53,040 bases of DNA from a virus (taxonomy: Duplodnaviria; Caudoviricetes), in IMG/VR virus record IMGVR_UViG_3300017962_000016, positions 1-53,040 of that record. One strand, written 5' to 3'. The notes below the pieces were generated by a model, which did no database searches, was not told where the DNA came from, and saw only the letters and a list, made by a program, of their open reading frames with translations. Positions 1-9,707 of this stretch are shown here, piece by piece (the stretch's first letter is position 1; each line of letters opens with the position of its first letter). The position numbers and the translations under genes were made by a program.

Positions 1-2
1 AT

Positions 3-1874
3 GTTGCTGGAGATATCAATTCTTCGGGTTCAACCAACATCGTAACAGGCGATCAATTTATTGATCTTAATGCAAATGCTGATGGTACATCAAAAGCAGG
101 TGGTTTGGCTGTTGTTCATAATGTAATCAACACCGCTAATGTTGATTCTTGTACGGCATCGACCAATCTCATCACCTTTGATGCAGCAATCACTCCTGTT
201 GGAGCCACAGGTTCTATCAATGGTACAGGTTGGGGTGCAGGTGATTCTGTCACTATCACAAATGCAGATGGTTCAACCAACACTTTTACCCAAACAGCCT
301 ATAACTCGCTTGCAAATCTTGCGGCAGTTATTCAAGGTGAATCCACTGTTTCCACAGCAACTGTAAATGGAAATAACATTGATGTCACTTTCGTTGCTGG
401 ATACAGACATAACGCTGCGAAATTTAGTGGAACAATCAATGGATCAGCATTGGCTATGTCCTCCGCTATCTCAGGTGGTGTTGGTTTCAGCGCAGGTGAT
501 ATCATTGTTGCCAAAGGCTTTGAAGCTGATGGTGCTCCTGAGATGAATGGTCTTTATGCTATCACTACCATAAATCTTGATGGAAGTAGTGATCAAGAGA
601 GTGTGAATATTGGTTCTATTGGTGGTGTCACAGGTGCTGATTTCCTTCAAACCAACATTCAAAACGATGTCGCTGCTGGTTCAAGTGGTACTATCTCTAC
701 TTGTGCTTTGACCGCGATTGCTGTTGCTGATGGTGCGAATGTTAAGAATTCTTTAGGAGCAATCTCCAAAGGTTCTCTTGTTAATCTTCGTTTGACAGAC
801 TTTGCGATTTCCTCTGCAAATACAATTCATCGCTATGAAGTATCAAATGTTGGTCTCCAAGATGTCTATAATGTTGGAAATGAAATCACAATGACCACAG
901 GTAACGACTTTATCATCAATAAGCCTACAAGTGGAAATTCTTCGATCTCTCTCCAAGCGAATGGTCAATCTAACTTTACCGTTGAGAGTGCTGGTCTTAC
1001 ACTTGAAACCAATAGCGACAGTAATGGAAATAGTGGTGCTCTCCAAGTTCGACCAAGTGACAAGGGTGCTCAATATGGTATCAAAGAGTTTGTGCAATCT
1101 GCAGGAATTGGCAACGATGCTGCTTTGTATCCTCTTGATCTTGCCACAAGCCTTGCTATTGGTGATCTTGTGAAAATTACCCCTGCTGTTGCACCTTCTG
1201 TGACCTTTACTGTTGCACAAGCCTCTGCTACTGCAAACATTACAAGTATCACTTTGTCTATTCTTTCTGACCTTACAAATGGATCTACACAAAATGTCAC
1301 TCTTAGCCAACCAGCGGACTTTACAGTCACCAATGGGGATGCTAGCGCAACCGCAAATAGTATCAAGACAGCAATTCAAGGAGTGACTCCTACATTGTCA
1401 GGTACCTCTTTGTTTGTTGAGGTTTTGGCTAATGGTAATGACTATGATATCAAGGTTTCTCACGAAGGTGTAGGTGCTCTTGGTAATGTTGGTTCAAATG
1501 CCGTAAGTGGTAGTGACCTTTCTGTAAGTAATGCTAGTCTTCAAGGTGGTACAAATGCAAAGGTTGAGAAAGCGAGTGCAGTTAATTATGATTCTTGCAA
1601 AGGCTTGATTGGTTTCTGTATGGATGCTACAGGTGGTACGGTTAATGCGTTTGACTCTATTCGAGTTGCAGGTGCGGGTTCTCTGTTGGAAACATCAAGT
1701 GCTTCTGTTTCTTATGGTGATATGGGTAAGCCTATCTATCTCTCAGCTTCAACTGCGGGTGCTATGACTGTTCAAGATCCTACAGGATCAAATCAGTGTG
1801 TCTATCAAGTTGGCGTTGCTGTTGGTGTGAATCAACTTTATGTTCTGCCACAATTCATCGCTGAACTCCCATAA
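3..1874 (+). CDS. 5'-truncated large virion structural protein (fibre/decoration-like) with a C-terminal DUF2190/capsid-fibre-like domain
   Basis: The frame is open from position 3 (VAGDINSSGSTNIVTGDQFIDLNA...). It is G/S/T/A/N-rich and beta-like. The C-terminus (GLIGFC...GKPIYLS...PT...QVGVAV) resembles the protein at 2680-3084. Confidence 0.6.
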   Translation, partial: VAGDINSSGSTNIVTGDQFIDLNANADGTSKAGGLAVVHNVINTANVDSCTASTNLITFDAAITPVGATGSINGTGWGAGDSVTITNADGSTNTFTQTAYNSLANLAAVIQGESTVSTATVNGNNIDVTFVAGYRHNAAKFSGTINGSALAMSSAISGGVGFSAGDIIVAKGFEADGAPEMNGLYAITTINLDGSSDQESVNIGSIGGVTGADFLQTNIQNDVAAGSSGTISTCALTAIAVADGANVKNSLGAISKGSLVNLRLTDFAISSANTIHRYEVSNVGLQDVYNVGNEITMTTGNDFIINKPTSGNSSISLQANGQSNFTVESAGLTLETNSDSNGNSGALQVRPSDKGAQYGIKEFVQSAGIGNDAALYPLDLATSLAIGDLVKITPAVAPSVTFTVAQASATANITSITLSILSDLTNGSTQNVTLSQPADFTVTNGDASATANSIKTAIQGVTPTLSGTSLFVEVLANGNDYDIKVSHEGVGALGNVGSNAVSGSDLSVSNASLQGGTNAKVEKASAVNYDSCKGLIGFCMDATGGTVNAFDSIRVAGAGSLLETSSASVSYGDMGKPIYLSASTAGAMTVQDPTGSNQCVYQVGVAVGVNQLYVLPQFIAELP

Positions 1875-1902
1875 TCATCCTTTGATTGTGTGATTTTTTC
1901 AC

Positions 1903-1937
1903 AAACCCCTCAATCTTTTGGTTGGGGGGTTTTTTTA
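1903..1937 (+). terminator. Rho-independent terminator
   Basis: AAACCCCTCAA/TTGGGGGGTTT stem followed by a T-tract, after the stop at 1874. Confidence 0.75.
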
Positions 1938-1982
1938 TTCTTTCAATAATTGTGTGGGTATGATACACAAGGAGATTTCATT

Positions 1983-2348
1983 ATGGATGGAAAGAAAGTA
2001 AATCTTGGACTTGGCGATGCAATTATTCGCTTGGTCAAGGTGCAATTCCAATCCCATTTGGGTTTTGGGGATACAAAGGCACAGAACACAGAAGAAACCA
2101 AGTTGCTCATTCAAGCACTCAACCACATCAAGTTGGACTTGGGTTTTGATTGCGACAATGATGGGGTGCTAGACACCACAGAAGATTTTCAAGACATAGA
2201 CATTTTCAATCTCTCTGCCAAGACATCTTGTTGTCGTATTATGGAGGATGATACTCCCCCTCCCGCCAAGATGGACTTTCCTATGGCAGAATCAGCTCTT
2301 GAAAAACCAAAAACTAAAACAGTTCGTAGAAAGAAATTTAGGAGATAA
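1983..2348 (+). CDS. hypothetical protein
   Basis: AAGGAG precedes ATG 1983; acidic centre and basic tail. Confidence 0.75.
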   Translation: MDGKKVNLGLGDAIIRLVKVQFQSHLGFGDTKAQNTEETKLLIQALNHIKLDLGFDCDNDGVLDTTEDFQDIDIFNLSAKTSCCRIMEDDTPPPAKMDFPMAESALEKPKTKTVRRKKFRR

Positions 2349-2350
2349 CA

Positions 2351-2680
2351 ATGATTGTTTCAAATATCGGTTTGATTTTATTGGCATTTGGGATTTGCTT
2401 TGGCTTGCAACACAAAGTATCGTTCCTACATAAGAAACACCCTTTTCTTGATAAGATGTTGAAATGCACTTATTGTACGGGATTCCACGCAGGATGGATC
2501 GCTTGGTTGTTCGTATGTGCCATTGATCAAAAGTTTCCCTCTGATAGTGTTTTGAGCAATATCTTGATGACACTCGGATTCGCTTTTGTGTCCGCTATCT
2601 CTTGCTACATTATGGATATCCTTCTTCGTTGGGTTGAATCTCACATAGAAGAATATGAGGTCGTTGAGGAAGAAGAATAA
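2351..2680 (+). CDS. small membrane protein, DUF1360-like
   Basis: AGGAG RBS; three hydrophobic segments and a CxYCxGFH.GW motif. Confidence 0.55.
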   Translation: MIVSNIGLILLAFGICFGLQHKVSFLHKKHPFLDKMLKCTYCTGFHAGWIAWLFVCAIDQKFPSDSVLSNILMTLGFAFVSAISCYIMDILLRWVESHIEEYEVVEEEE

Positions 2681-3084
2681 TGCCAATCGCTCGAACAGGT
2701 GGTGCTAGTGCAGCGGGGGTGTTCTTTTCCGAACCATACCCCTCTCAAGATGTTCTATTGGCAGGTTCTTTGGTTTCGATAGACACCTCCAATGGCACTC
2801 CTGAAATAATTCTTGCTGATCCCTCCAATGCCGACAGGTTATTGGGCTTTGCGGTATCAGGAATAAACATTGGAGATGTTGGCAAGTATGTTGTGAATCG
2901 AGGAGCTCTCGTCACACCTATCGTTGCGGGCGGGGGTGCTTTGACCCCCAATGATCCTGTCTTTGCTGTCGCCAATGGTGAGGTGTCCCATACACCACCC
3001 ACAACAGGTTTTTCTGTGCAAGTGGGCTTTGCGATTTCAGCCACACAAATTATTCTCACAACGGATTTCAGAGTAGAATTCTAA
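2680..3084 (+). CDS. DUF2190/capsid-cement or head-fibre-like protein
   Basis: Pattern AGSLVSI...LADPS...LLGFAV...LTPNDPVF...GEVSHTPP...VQVGFAIS; coupled to the upstream gene by TAATG. Confidence 0.55.
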   Translation: MPIARTGGASAAGVFFSEPYPSQDVLLAGSLVSIDTSNGTPEIILADPSNADRLLGFAVSGINIGDVGKYVVNRGALVTPIVAGGGALTPNDPVFAVANGEVSHTPPTTGFSVQVGFAISATQIILTTDFRVEF

Positions 3085-3121
3085 TGGGTACAATGACAAC
3101 ACACAATCTAGGAGTACAGAT

Positions 3122-4099
3122 ATGCAATTTACAAAAGGACAATTTCAAGAGTACCGAGCCACAACCAAGATTCATATTGGGGCAGAGGGTATTGATATTC
3201 ATCAAGACGATACCTTTGAGTTTGATGGACAAACATTAAAATATGGTGGGAAAGACTATACTGTTCCGACCATTCGTTCAGCCATCAAGGCGGGTTGGTT
3301 CGTTCCAGCGACAGACACCGACACAACCTATGTAGCGAAAAGCGCGGCTATTTCTATTCGTTCTACCAACACAGACGAGAAGAAACAAATGCAAGTACAG
3401 ACCGTACAAAGCGAAGAAAGGGTTGTTGGTCGAGCTGTAGCGGAAACACAAGAAGCCTCTACTGTTCAGGCACAAGATGAGGGAACACCTATTGCGACAA
3501 CGATGAAAACCTCTGCGAAGCAAAAGACTGTCTTGACAGACCGAACCAATGTAGATCAAGAGATTTCCAACCTTGAGAACACACAGGTCAAATCAAGCAA
3601 GTTCAAGGTCATTCGACAAGAAGATCAACAAGTAGAAACACCTCGTTCTTCTGTCACAACAGAAACAACACCTCAAGCACAAGAAACCGATCAAGGGATG
3701 GTCGTTGGGAAAATCAAGACACCAAGTAAGCAAAAACTTTCTCTTGATGGAACGAACAAATCTTTTGACGATGCCTATCGACCACAGAAAGCGGAAATCT
3801 ACAAGATCGCAAAGCCAACAGGAGATGTTGATTCTCAAATTGAGGGTGAGGAGCTCACAGAACTTCTTCCTGAGGCAGCAATAGCGAAAGCAACAATGCC
3901 CAGCGAACAAGTTGAAACAAGTACCACAGAAGAAATGGTCACAACAAATACCGTTGAGTGGGATTTGAAAGCCCATTGGAAAACTCGTGTGAAAGAAGCA
4001 ACGAACTTGTACGAAACAGACCGAGAGGCTTTCGATCAAGTGATGTCAATTGAAACCGAGAGTGTCCAAAAGCGAATCAACGAGGCTATCTCTCAATAA
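3122..4099 (+). CDS. hypothetical protein (low-complexity T/Q/E-rich centre)
   Basis: AGGAG RBS; 325-aa ORF with internal G..V..(I/M)KT..KQK repeats. Confidence 0.8.
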   Translation: MQFTKGQFQEYRATTKIHIGAEGIDIHQDDTFEFDGQTLKYGGKDYTVPTIRSAIKAGWFVPATDTDTTYVAKSAAISIRSTNTDEKKQMQVQTVQSEERVVGRAVAETQEASTVQAQDEGTPIATTMKTSAKQKTVLTDRTNVDQEISNLENTQVKSSKFKVIRQEDQQVETPRSSVTTETTPQAQETDQGMVVGKIKTPSKQKLSLDGTNKSFDDAYRPQKAEIYKIAKPTGDVDSQIEGEELTELLPEAAIAKATMPSEQVETSTTEEMVTTNTVEWDLKAHWKTRVKEATNLYETDREAFDQVMSIETESVQKRINEAISQ

Positions 4100-4100
4100 G

Positions 4101-4118
4101 TCGATAACCCTTTTATAT
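4101..4118 (+). promoter_or_regulatory. putative phage late promoter (WTAW-N5-YTATA)
   Basis: TCGATAACCCTTTTATAT; one of about 11 intergenic or gene-junction copies. Confidence 0.6.
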
Positions 4119-4123
4119 TTAGC

Positions 4124-4159
4124 ACCCCAATGATAATACTTTGTCATTGGGGTTTTTTT
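4124..4159 (+). terminator. terminator hairpin
   Basis: ACCCCAATGA/TCATTGGGGT stem plus T-tract. Confidence 0.7.
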
Positions 4160-4163
4160 AGTC

Positions 4164-5189
4164 ATGAAGAAAAAAGCAAATTCTAGTTATGCGTCTTGGG
4201 CTCTCATTATGGAGGGGGTCACCTCTGCGAGAGTGGAAGCCTATCGCCTTCGACATCTTTTGAATAGAACTCTCGCTTTGGTCGAGAAATCTGAAAAGAA
4301 AGACCATCTCTATCAAGTAGGTGGTGATATTATCTCAGGATTCCCTCAACGATTACATCGCCTAGAAGAAACACTCGATAGGACATCCTACGCCCTATCA
4401 AAAATGGGAGAATCTCATCTCCGAGAGCGTTTGCCTATCTCCGACAGAGAAAAGGTAGAGGAGAGCATTGAGCGAGCTGCACCATTATCTCCCTCTATGA
4501 GAAAAGCCTATGAGAATGTTGTCCGAATCGCAAGTCGGAAAGAGTTCTTTGATGTACTTGTCCCACATTACAATCGGTTGGCGATGAATCCAAAGAACAA
4601 GACAGTCGTTCTCCAATTAATTAAGTTTTGGTTTATGGATTCTCTCACAAAGATTCCATCTAAGGATGAAACTTGGTTTGCCCAAAGCCAAAAAGTGACA
4701 GGGGATGCACCCCCTTTCACTTTCGATCTCAAAGCCACAAAGCCAAACAAAGGCTATGGGGGAGGATACCTAGAGATTGGGAATGGTGTTCAATTTGCTT
4801 TTACGGATCACGCTGTCGTTCGTAGTGCTCTCAGAAATGTGACTCTCCAACAAGCGATGAATGTTGTTCGTACTCACCTAATGAGCGTTTCTAAATATGA
4901 ATCGTCTTTGAGCAGAGAATCTCATTTTGCACAGAATTTCAATGATGGTCTTGCCGCAATAGATAAAGGTATTGAGGTTCGCTACACCATTACGGGATAT
5001 CGACCATACCGATACCCAAATAAGGCAAAGATTATGGATAGGGCGAAAATCATTATCCATACGGTCATTCAGAATGGACAAGTGGAGAGCGCGGGTTCTT
5101 TGGATTTGAGTCAATGGTTTGATCCTACAATCATTGGGTTGAAATCTTGGAATGATATGAATTGGAATGATGTCCGAGATAGAAGATAG
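4164..5189 (+). CDS. hypothetical protein with a C-terminal DUF4258/BECR-like motif
   Basis: FTDHAVVRSALRNVT motif, shared with 6518-7651. Confidence 0.6.
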   Translation: MKKKANSSYASWALIMEGVTSARVEAYRLRHLLNRTLALVEKSEKKDHLYQVGGDIISGFPQRLHRLEETLDRTSYALSKMGESHLRERLPISDREKVEESIERAAPLSPSMRKAYENVVRIASRKEFFDVLVPHYNRLAMNPKNKTVVLQLIKFWFMDSLTKIPSKDETWFAQSQKVTGDAPPFTFDLKATKPNKGYGGGYLEIGNGVQFAFTDHAVVRSALRNVTLQQAMNVVRTHLMSVSKYESSLSRESHFAQNFNDGLAAIDKGIEVRYTITGYRPYRYPNKAKIMDRAKIIIHTVIQNGQVESAGSLDLSQWFDPTIIGLKSWNDMNWNDVRDRR

Positions 5190-5194
5190 GCAAG

Positions 5195-5977
5195 ATGAGA
5201 AAGTTCAATAGAAAGGTTGCATATAGCCCACCCGCATCCGAGCTTCCCGGACAACAAACCTATGTTCGAGAAAAAGATGATACGGGAACAGGCGACAAGG
5301 ACAGGTCACCTGATAGTGTCTTGTCACCTGATAAGGCAACTCCAAGATCGCCCACTCGTCCTGACAGTAATGGTGAGGACAATATCAAGCATCTTGGTCC
5401 AGCAACTTTCAATGTTCCTGATGGCTCTGCCGATGAGATTAAATCTCGTACTCGTCCTGCTGAGGGGGAACAATATGGACATCCCTATAATGATCAAACA
5501 TCAAATGTTCGTGTAAAAAAGAACATTCGGACATCTTCTATTGAACAAGCCCTTGAACGAGAAATGATTCAGAGGGTGGCGAGTGCTTGGATAAAAGAAG
5601 CTGTCATTCGTGTGAGAGAAAGACCACATGTGAAACCAAAAGGTTTGTTCAACACAAGATACAAACAAGACCGACCGAAATCACAACAGAATCATCACCC
5701 AACCAGCGACCTCTTGAAGAAGAAACGATACTACCGCAGAAACAAAGCCAAAATCCGAAGAAAGAATAAGGTTCGATACAAGAGAAAGTACAAGAACAAC
5801 AAGAGGTGGAAAAAGGTTCAAGATAGAAGAAAGACCAATCCACAAAAGCACATTCGGAAATCACCGAGCAAATCTATTCTGAAAAGAAATAAGAGAAAGC
5901 ACCAACAGAACTACAAGAAAAGAAACCGTATGGCTATGATTGAGCGAGTTGCCTCAAGATATTTGGGTTTGCTATGA
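5195..5977 (+). CDS. highly basic protein, putative head-internal/DNA-condensing protein
   Basis: K/R-rich C-terminal half; two MI(Q/E)RVAS motifs. Confidence 0.6.
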   Translation: MRKFNRKVAYSPPASELPGQQTYVREKDDTGTGDKDRSPDSVLSPDKATPRSPTRPDSNGEDNIKHLGPATFNVPDGSADEIKSRTRPAEGEQYGHPYNDQTSNVRVKKNIRTSSIEQALEREMIQRVASAWIKEAVIRVRERPHVKPKGLFNTRYKQDRPKSQQNHHPTSDLLKKKRYYRRNKAKIRRKNKVRYKRKYKNNKRWKKVQDRRKTNPQKHIRKSPSKSILKRNKRKHQQNYKKRNRMAMIERVASRYLGLL

Positions 5978-6516
5978 GTGAAGAAAACGACATTGAAGAA
6001 ACAGAGGAACATCTTGCTGAGGAGATGATTGCCTACAAGAGAATGACACCCTCTCAGATTCGCAAGCGAGAACAAACCAAAAAGCGAAATCGAGGGAAGA
6101 ACATTCAAAAGAAGCGCAAGAATCGACAAAATTATCGTAGGAAGCGAAACAAGTTTCGATTGAAAAGAAAAAAGTGGAATAGAAGAACGAGAGGTCGGAG
6201 AAGATATGCCGAGCTCCTAGCTGAGAGGTATGTGATGGAGAATATGATTCAAAGAGTCGCGGATATGTTCTACGAGAAAAGACCTCCCGATGAGGATGAA
6301 ATTTATCATCCAAGTGGAACGAACTATTCTCCGAGTGGTGGGAATGGCTATTACAAGTTTGATCCCTCCAATAAAGAAAGACGCCCCAGCGAATTGCAGA
6401 ACACAGATGGGGAACAACCTGATGTTGGAAATACATCGAGAGTTGTGCCGAATGGTCAATTTGTGAAAGCATCCGCCACAAGAGTCGCACAACGATATTT
6501 ACAAATGAGAAAATAA
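5974..6516 (+). CDS. basic protein, putative head-internal protein
   Basis: ATGA overlap with the upstream gene; R/K-rich block; MIQRVAD and TRVAQRYL motifs. Confidence 0.6.
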   Translation: MSEENDIEETEEHLAEEMIAYKRMTPSQIRKREQTKKRNRGKNIQKKRKNRQNYRRKRNKFRLKRKKWNRRTRGRRRYAELLAERYVMENMIQRVADMFYEKRPPDEDEIYHPSGTNYSPSGGNGYYKFDPSNKERRPSELQNTDGEQPDVGNTSRVVPNGQFVKASATRVAQRYLQMRK

Positions 6517-6517
6517 G

Positions 6518-7651
6518 ATGTCTAGTTCAAAGAGAGTTGCTTCAAGATATATACAAGCGAAATCAATGGAGAGTATTCTGTCCTCTACATCTCGCAAGGT
6601 CATTGATGCCTCCAAATCTTTGTCTGTTCAGAACAATGGCGATGGAACATTCAAGGTTTCGGGAGGAAAAGATACACATACGGTCAAGACTCAACGGAAT
6701 GGACAAGACATAAAGGTTTCTTGTACTTGTAATGCGTGGGTATTTCAAGGTTCAGAGTATTACGCACACGAGAAAGGTTATCTTTTAGGAAAGCCAAGAG
6801 GTAATCTTGCACCTCCGAAAGTTCGTGATCCGAAAGGAATCAACGCTTCTTGTAAGCATGTGGCAGCTGTGTTCAGCTCTTTGTCCTCAATGGTTCGTTT
6901 AGGTAGGAGAGAGGATATTCTTGAGAACCTAGAGATTCAAAAAAGCATTTGCCAAGATGTTTCCGATTGGAAAAACATTCTTAATGTGATTGAGTTCGAT
7001 CCAAAATTGGATTTCCCCGCTAATGATGAGGCACTTATTTCAGAAACAATACAAGGAGATAAGCGATACAAAGATCAATATGCGTTTTCTCACCCTAAGA
7101 TATATTCTCACAATGGAAGAAAAACACCTACTATCATTAGTTTCACAGAACACGCTATCACAAGAGCAATTTCAAGAGATATTTCTACCACCGAGATTCG
7201 AGATTTAATCGTTTCAACGATAGATAAAAGTCCCGAACGATTCATAAAGAAATTGAACAAGGCAAAAAAGCGCGGCAAGGCACTCTATATAGGGGATGGA
7301 ACTGTGGTGGCGGTCATACGAATCCATACAATAAAGAACCGAACTAAGGCGAAAGACACAAGTTCTATGTATCGAAATCAAGAGGGCTCTTGGTCTTACA
7401 ACAAAGAACTTGGCATAATTGTCAAAGACAAGAACACACACATTAGAGTTTATACTCTTTTCTCAGATGATTCCGATGTGGGAGAACCTCTTGGTGAGGA
7501 TGTCGCTGCTAGGTATCTTCCTTGTCCTTTGCCTGATTTTTACGATGAGTTTAGCACCCACACAGAACAATCCAAACTAAAGAATTACGAGTGGTCATAT
7601 CGTCTTGCTGGTATGGTACAACGAATAACAAAGCGATGGTTGGATCGTTAA
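6518..7651 (+). CDS. SWIM zinc-finger protein with a DUF4258/BECR-like C-terminal motif
   Basis: VSCTC...SCKHVAAV (SWIM CxC-CxH); FTEHAITRAISRDI; N-terminal KRVASRY. Confidence 0.65.
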   Translation: MSSSKRVASRYIQAKSMESILSSTSRKVIDASKSLSVQNNGDGTFKVSGGKDTHTVKTQRNGQDIKVSCTCNAWVFQGSEYYAHEKGYLLGKPRGNLAPPKVRDPKGINASCKHVAAVFSSLSSMVRLGRREDILENLEIQKSICQDVSDWKNILNVIEFDPKLDFPANDEALISETIQGDKRYKDQYAFSHPKIYSHNGRKTPTIISFTEHAITRAISRDISTTEIRDLIVSTIDKSPERFIKKLNKAKKRGKALYIGDGTVVAVIRIHTIKNRTKAKDTSSMYRNQEGSWSYNKELGIIVKDKNTHIRVYTLFSDDSDVGEPLGEDVAARYLPCPLPDFYDEFSTHTEQSKLKNYEWSYRLAGMVQRITKRWLDR

Positions 7652-7688
7652 TGTGTCTATACATCAATAACTCATAGGAGAATACCAA

Positions 7689-8084
7689 ATGCCAATATAC
7701 ACATATCAATGTATGTCTTGCGAGAATGTCTTTGACAAGATGCGTTCTTTTTCAGATAAGAGTGCGGTTTCTTGTGTTGAGTGTGATTCTTTGAACACCC
7801 AACGACAATTGACCTCTCCCACCTTTATATTGAAAGGGGATGGTTGGACAGGAAAGAACATCAAGATCAAGGGGCAAATGCGACAGAAGAATCGTGCTAT
7901 CGCACCCAAAGAGCAAGAGTTCGCAAAAGACTCCAAAGAAATGAAAAGTATGCGTATTCAACCCAATGTAGATGGGGAACAAGTAGATAGTTGGTCGGAA
8001 GCTCAGAGATTGGCTCAATCAAAAGGGAAAGACACAAGTACCTATGATGCTCTAGTCAAGAAAGAAAAAAGAGGTGATTTATGA
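7689..8084 (+). CDS. FmdB-family zinc-ribbon protein
   Basis: MPIYTYQCMSC...CVEC...FILKGDGW; AGGAG RBS. Confidence 0.8.
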   Translation: MPIYTYQCMSCENVFDKMRSFSDKSAVSCVECDSLNTQRQLTSPTFILKGDGWTGKNIKIKGQMRQKNRAIAPKEQEFAKDSKEMKSMRIQPNVDGEQVDSWSEAQRLAQSKGKDTSTYDALVKKEKRGDL

Positions 8085-8788
8085 TTAAGAATGTTCGGTT
8101 GGTTGGTCGCCAAGATGAAATGGTAGATATAATGATTCCTGATCGTAAAGGAGTTTCTGCCTACAAGATTTTGGTGTCGCCCACATTAGAGGGTGCGTAT
8201 GATCTCGATCCTGCCACAACAGGTTTGGTCGAGCTTGTTGAGATCGCACCACAACAAGTCTATATTTCTCCCTCGTTGAAAAGACAGGGTAGAGAAAAAC
8301 AAATGGGTAGCAATCGAGGAATCTCTCGTGTTGTATTCAATATCAATGACTTTTCGATTTCTAATCCAAGTATTCCGAATGACGATCAGCAGTTCTATCT
8401 CCGAGTTCAAGAGGTAGATATGGGGGGAACAGCAACAGCTCTATCTCCTATCTTGATCGTTCCTCCACCTGAGTTCTATTATTTCCAACAAGGAACATTG
8501 ACATTGGTAGCGACAATTCCTGACACAGGATTGAGTCAAGGTGATCTCCCAAACAATTCAGCTCTTAGTTTCATTGTTCCAAAGTTCGCCTCCTATGTCC
8601 ATATGCTCCAAACAAGTGGTGCAGGGCAACTATTGTATTCTCCCGTTGAGAGTATGCCTTTGATAAATATCCCCGCAGGTGGATTGAATCTTTTCTCTTG
8701 TGCGAACAAACAATTTATTTTCTCAACCGATGGTGGGGCTGCGACCTTTCAACTCTTTGTTTCGGTTGTTTTGGAAGGATCACCTTAA
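8081..8788 (+). CDS. hypothetical (probable structural) protein
   Basis: GAGGTG RBS and ATGA overlap; beta-rich composition. Confidence 0.7.
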   Translation: MIKNVRLVGRQDEMVDIMIPDRKGVSAYKILVSPTLEGAYDLDPATTGLVELVEIAPQQVYISPSLKRQGREKQMGSNRGISRVVFNINDFSISNPSIPNDDQQFYLRVQEVDMGGTATALSPILIVPPPEFYYFQQGTLTLVATIPDTGLSQGDLPNNSALSFIVPKFASYVHMLQTSGAGQLLYSPVESMPLINIPAGGLNLFSCANKQFIFSTDGGAATFQLFVSVVLEGSP

Positions 8789-8930
8789 TTCTGTGAATAA
8801 TCTTTCTATATTCTTTTATATGTGCCTCCCAATTTTGATGGGGGCTTTTGGAGAAATCTTCATTAATTGTTCAATACTCATATCTATTTGAGTAAAGACC
8901 CTATCAAAATATCTATTCTAGGAGAAAAAA

Positions 8931-9698
8931 ATGGCTGAACTTTTTGTAATCAATCTTGATGCAGACCTCGATGGTCAGTATCTGTCTGATTTGCCTGTTG
9001 TAAATGCGACACCTGTTGCTCGTCAAATCGGATTTTATTTGGGGAGTGCTTTGACCTCCACTTCTGTTGCCTCTGAACTTGCTACTTATCTTGCTACGGC
9101 TCACATCAGCCTGACGACAGCAGGTGCAGGACAAGATATCGGTGATTGGTATGTGGAAAGTGGTGCGGGTGCTATCACTACCTCTGTTGGAACAACAATC
9201 GTATCCGCAGCAGAAGCGGCTGCTTCCACCTTGCTTTTGTCTGAGGCAATCGGTCGTCTTATTTCTGCTTTTGTTGTTGAGTATGCAAATGGAGATCACG
9301 CAAATGCAATCACATTGGCTAATCTTGAAGCAGAGATTGACGCTGTATTTACTACTATTGCTCTTGACGATACTTCAGGTGGTGGTGGTGCTGTGGACTC
9401 TGTCGCAGGGGCTCCTGCAAGTGATCTTGATCAAGATGGTGATCTTCAAGGAATCTTTCGTATCCTTATGGGTGCAGAGCCAAGTGGTGCAGGAACATTC
9501 GCTGAGGGTTCTATCATTGGAAACCACAGACTTATCGGTGGAACTCGTAGAATCTATTCTCGTGACCGTATTGATGCTTGTATCCACGAAGGTTCTCTTT
9601 CATATTTCAAATCTGCTACTGCTTTCGATGGATCGGCAAAACCCGCTGGTAAAGGTGTTCAATGCCTTATCCTCAACGAAAGTGGCGCAAAGCAATAG
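8931..9698 (+). CDS. acidic putative virion protein, paralog 1
   Basis: AGGAG RBS; clear paralogy with 9708-10226. Confidence 0.75.
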   Translation: MAELFVINLDADLDGQYLSDLPVVNATPVARQIGFYLGSALTSTSVASELATYLATAHISLTTAGAGQDIGDWYVESGAGAITTSVGTTIVSAAEAAASTLLLSEAIGRLISAFVVEYANGDHANAITLANLEAEIDAVFTTIALDDTSGGGGAVDSVAGAPASDLDQDGDLQGIFRILMGAEPSGAGTFAEGSIIGNHRLIGGTRRIYSRDRIDACIHEGSLSYFKSATAFDGSAKPAGKGVQCLILNESGAKQ

Positions 9699-9707
9699 GG
9701 AGAAAAC

